A stretch of DNA of 64,000 nucleotides, taken from contig CM120647.1 of NCBI GenBank assembly GCA_051362555.1, forward strand, positions 17,150,651-17,214,650, read 5' to 3'. The notes below the pieces were generated by a model. It was not told the origin of the DNA and did no database searches. It saw nothing but the letters and a program-made list of their open reading frames with translations. The first letter of the stretch is position 1, and every line of letters starts with the position of its first letter. Position numbers and translations under genes: made by a program. The stretch comes from Lingula anatina (lineage: Eukaryota; Animalia; Brachiopoda). Below, piece after piece: positions 62,478 to 64,000 of the stretch.

Positions 62478-63986
62478 CTAACCAACACCTTCTCTACTGA
62501 AAGACTTTCCTAGGAATTCGCATTTTGTTTGGAAAAGAAAACACTTCTTAGGCTTTAACTTCAAATTGTAAGAACGCAATCTCTCCAAAACCTCTTTCAA
62601 ATTCTTAAGATTATCTTCAAAATTCTTTCCTAACACAGCCATATCAATCAAACTCAAAAATTGATTTCCAGCCAGACAATCTAAACAATCACCAATGTTT
62701 GGAATAGTATAAGAATCTTTGATAGTTTTCTTATTTAATTCCCTATAATCCACACACCATCTAACACTTCCATCTTTCTTTCTTATCAAAACTGGTGGGG
62801 ATGCCCATTCAGAATTTGATGGCTGAATAACATCAGAAGCTAACAACTTTTCAAGCATCTTTCTCTCTTCTCCTTCCATTCCCAATGGAGTTCTACGCAA
62901 TTTCTGTTTCACAGGAGCTGCACTACCAGTGTTAATAGTATGTTTAACACCTTTCATGCACCCTAAATCAAGATCATGCTTTGCAAATACATCTTCATAA
63001 TCTCTCAAAGTTTCACACAATACAACCATTCCATTTGAATCAAGCTCCTCACTTGATCTTTCAAATAAATCTTGCAAATGTTCAGGCAAATCTCTTTTCA
63101 AACTTCTCATCACTTCTTTATCCATATTTTCATCTATATTCAACTTCATTTCAGCTTTATTCACAGCAGACACCCTTGCTTTCTCATCTACATATTCTTT
63201 ACATCTCACTTCAGAAGCAACTGTCTCAACTTCCTTAATAACACCCAACACACTACCTGCTTTCAAAACAGCATTTCTTTCTCCATCATTCACTATCTCT
63301 ATAGGAACAACTTCATCACCTTTAACTAATGCACAAGATACCAACACTTGTCTATCAACACAAGGTTCTATCACATACTCTTTCTTTTTCTCTAACTCAT
63401 AATCTGCACAAACAGAAATTCTCATCACCGTCAATGGAGGAACTACTATTCTCTTTTTCGTTCTCACCATATTTTCACAAATTTCAACTTCTTTCTTCAT
63501 TTCATCAACACATTTCTCATCACTTTTAGCTTCTGTCTCATCATTCACTTTACTCAAATCAGAGTCACCTTCAACTTCTATGCTTCCCTGCACACATTTC
63601 TCTCCAATGATCAATGTTTGATCAACTAAATTCACCACACAATTTCTCTCCTTCAAAAACTTCAATCCCAACAACATATCAATTCCTTCTTGCAAATCTG
63701 CAACATACACATTTTCCTTATATTCTATCCCATCTATCTCAATACTCAAATTTTCTACTATATGACCCATCATAAATGCATTTTTTCCAGCAAGCATTAA
63801 TTTCAGAGTCTCACAAAATTCAGGCACACCCTGCAATTTACTATAAAATATTTTATTTACGATAGTAAATTGAGCTGCCGTATCCACAACTGCTAATGTT
63901 TTCACACCACCTACACTAACAGGAATCACAAAATTTTCTCCCACTAATTCTCCAACATTCATCATTTTCACATTTCCACTATCCAT
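62478..63986 (-). CDS. Truncated Gypsy pol: aspartic protease plus partial reverse transcriptase (frame open to the window edge)
   Basis: AVVDTAAQ..LLGLKFL protease; SEWASPPVLIRKKDGSVRWCVDYRELN and LKLKPKKC..FLG; YxDD segment, RNase H and integrase absent. Confidence 0.88.
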   Translation of the reverse strand: MDSGNVKMMNVGELVGENFVIPVSVGGVKTLAVVDTAAQFTIVNKIFYSKLQGVPEFCETLKLMLAGKNAFMMGHIVENLSIEIDGIEYKENVYVADLQEGIDMLLGLKFLKERNCVVNLVDQTLIIGEKCVQGSIEVEGDSDLSKVNDETEAKSDEKCVDEMKKEVEICENMVRTKKRIVVPPLTVMRISVCADYELEKKKEYVIEPCVDRQVLVSCALVKGDEVVPIEIVNDGERNAVLKAGSVLGVIKEVETVASEVRCKEYVDEKARVSAVNKAEMKLNIDENMDKEVMRSLKRDLPEHLQDLFERSSEELDSNGMVVLCETLRDYEDVFAKHDLDLGCMKGVKHTINTGSAAPVKQKLRRTPLGMEGEERKMLEKLLASDVIQPSNSEWASPPVLIRKKDGSVRWCVDYRELNKKTIKDSYTIPNIGDCLDCLAGNQFLSLIDMAVLGKNFEDNLKNLKEVLERLRSYNLKLKPKKCFLFQTKCEFLGKSFSREGVG

Positions 63987-64000
63987 AATCCGACCTTCAA

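Larger units (their letters stand above)
60641..64000 (-). mobile_element. Gypsy-type LTR retrotransposon, 3' part, internally deleted
   Basis: PR followed by RT on the minus strand; polypurine tract at 60996-61009 abutting the TG start of the LTR. Confidence 0.85.

Overview
AT-rich, repeat-dense eukaryotic DNA, probably from a marine invertebrate (mollusc/lophotrochozoan-like; inferred from domain and repeat content). No prokaryotic genes, rRNA/tRNA or CRISPR arrays were found. Positions 1-30 kb are mostly non-coding: several MITE families, a piggyBac derivative, a 32-bp minisatellite and microsatellites. From 30.3 to 58.1 kb I assembled by hand 40 phase-consistent GT-AG exons on the + strand (8195 nt, about 2730 aa, open at both ends). 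They encode a giant extracellular mosaic protein: CTL - Thr/Pro mucin - EGF - CUB x2 - Sushi x3 - WSC x2, then iterated [fibrinogen-N-like mini-module / C-type lectin / WSC] units, half a discoidin (F5/8C) domain and three FAMeT-like domains. The last two FAMeT-like exons are a recent duplication with a probable gene-conversion tract. A decayed DD34E Tc1 element lies in the intron between them. The window ends with a long-TIR MITE (TAT..ATA termini, 6-bp TSD) and the 3' part of an internally deleted Gypsy LTR element on the minus strand, which carries an extra Cys/His-rich accessory ORF.
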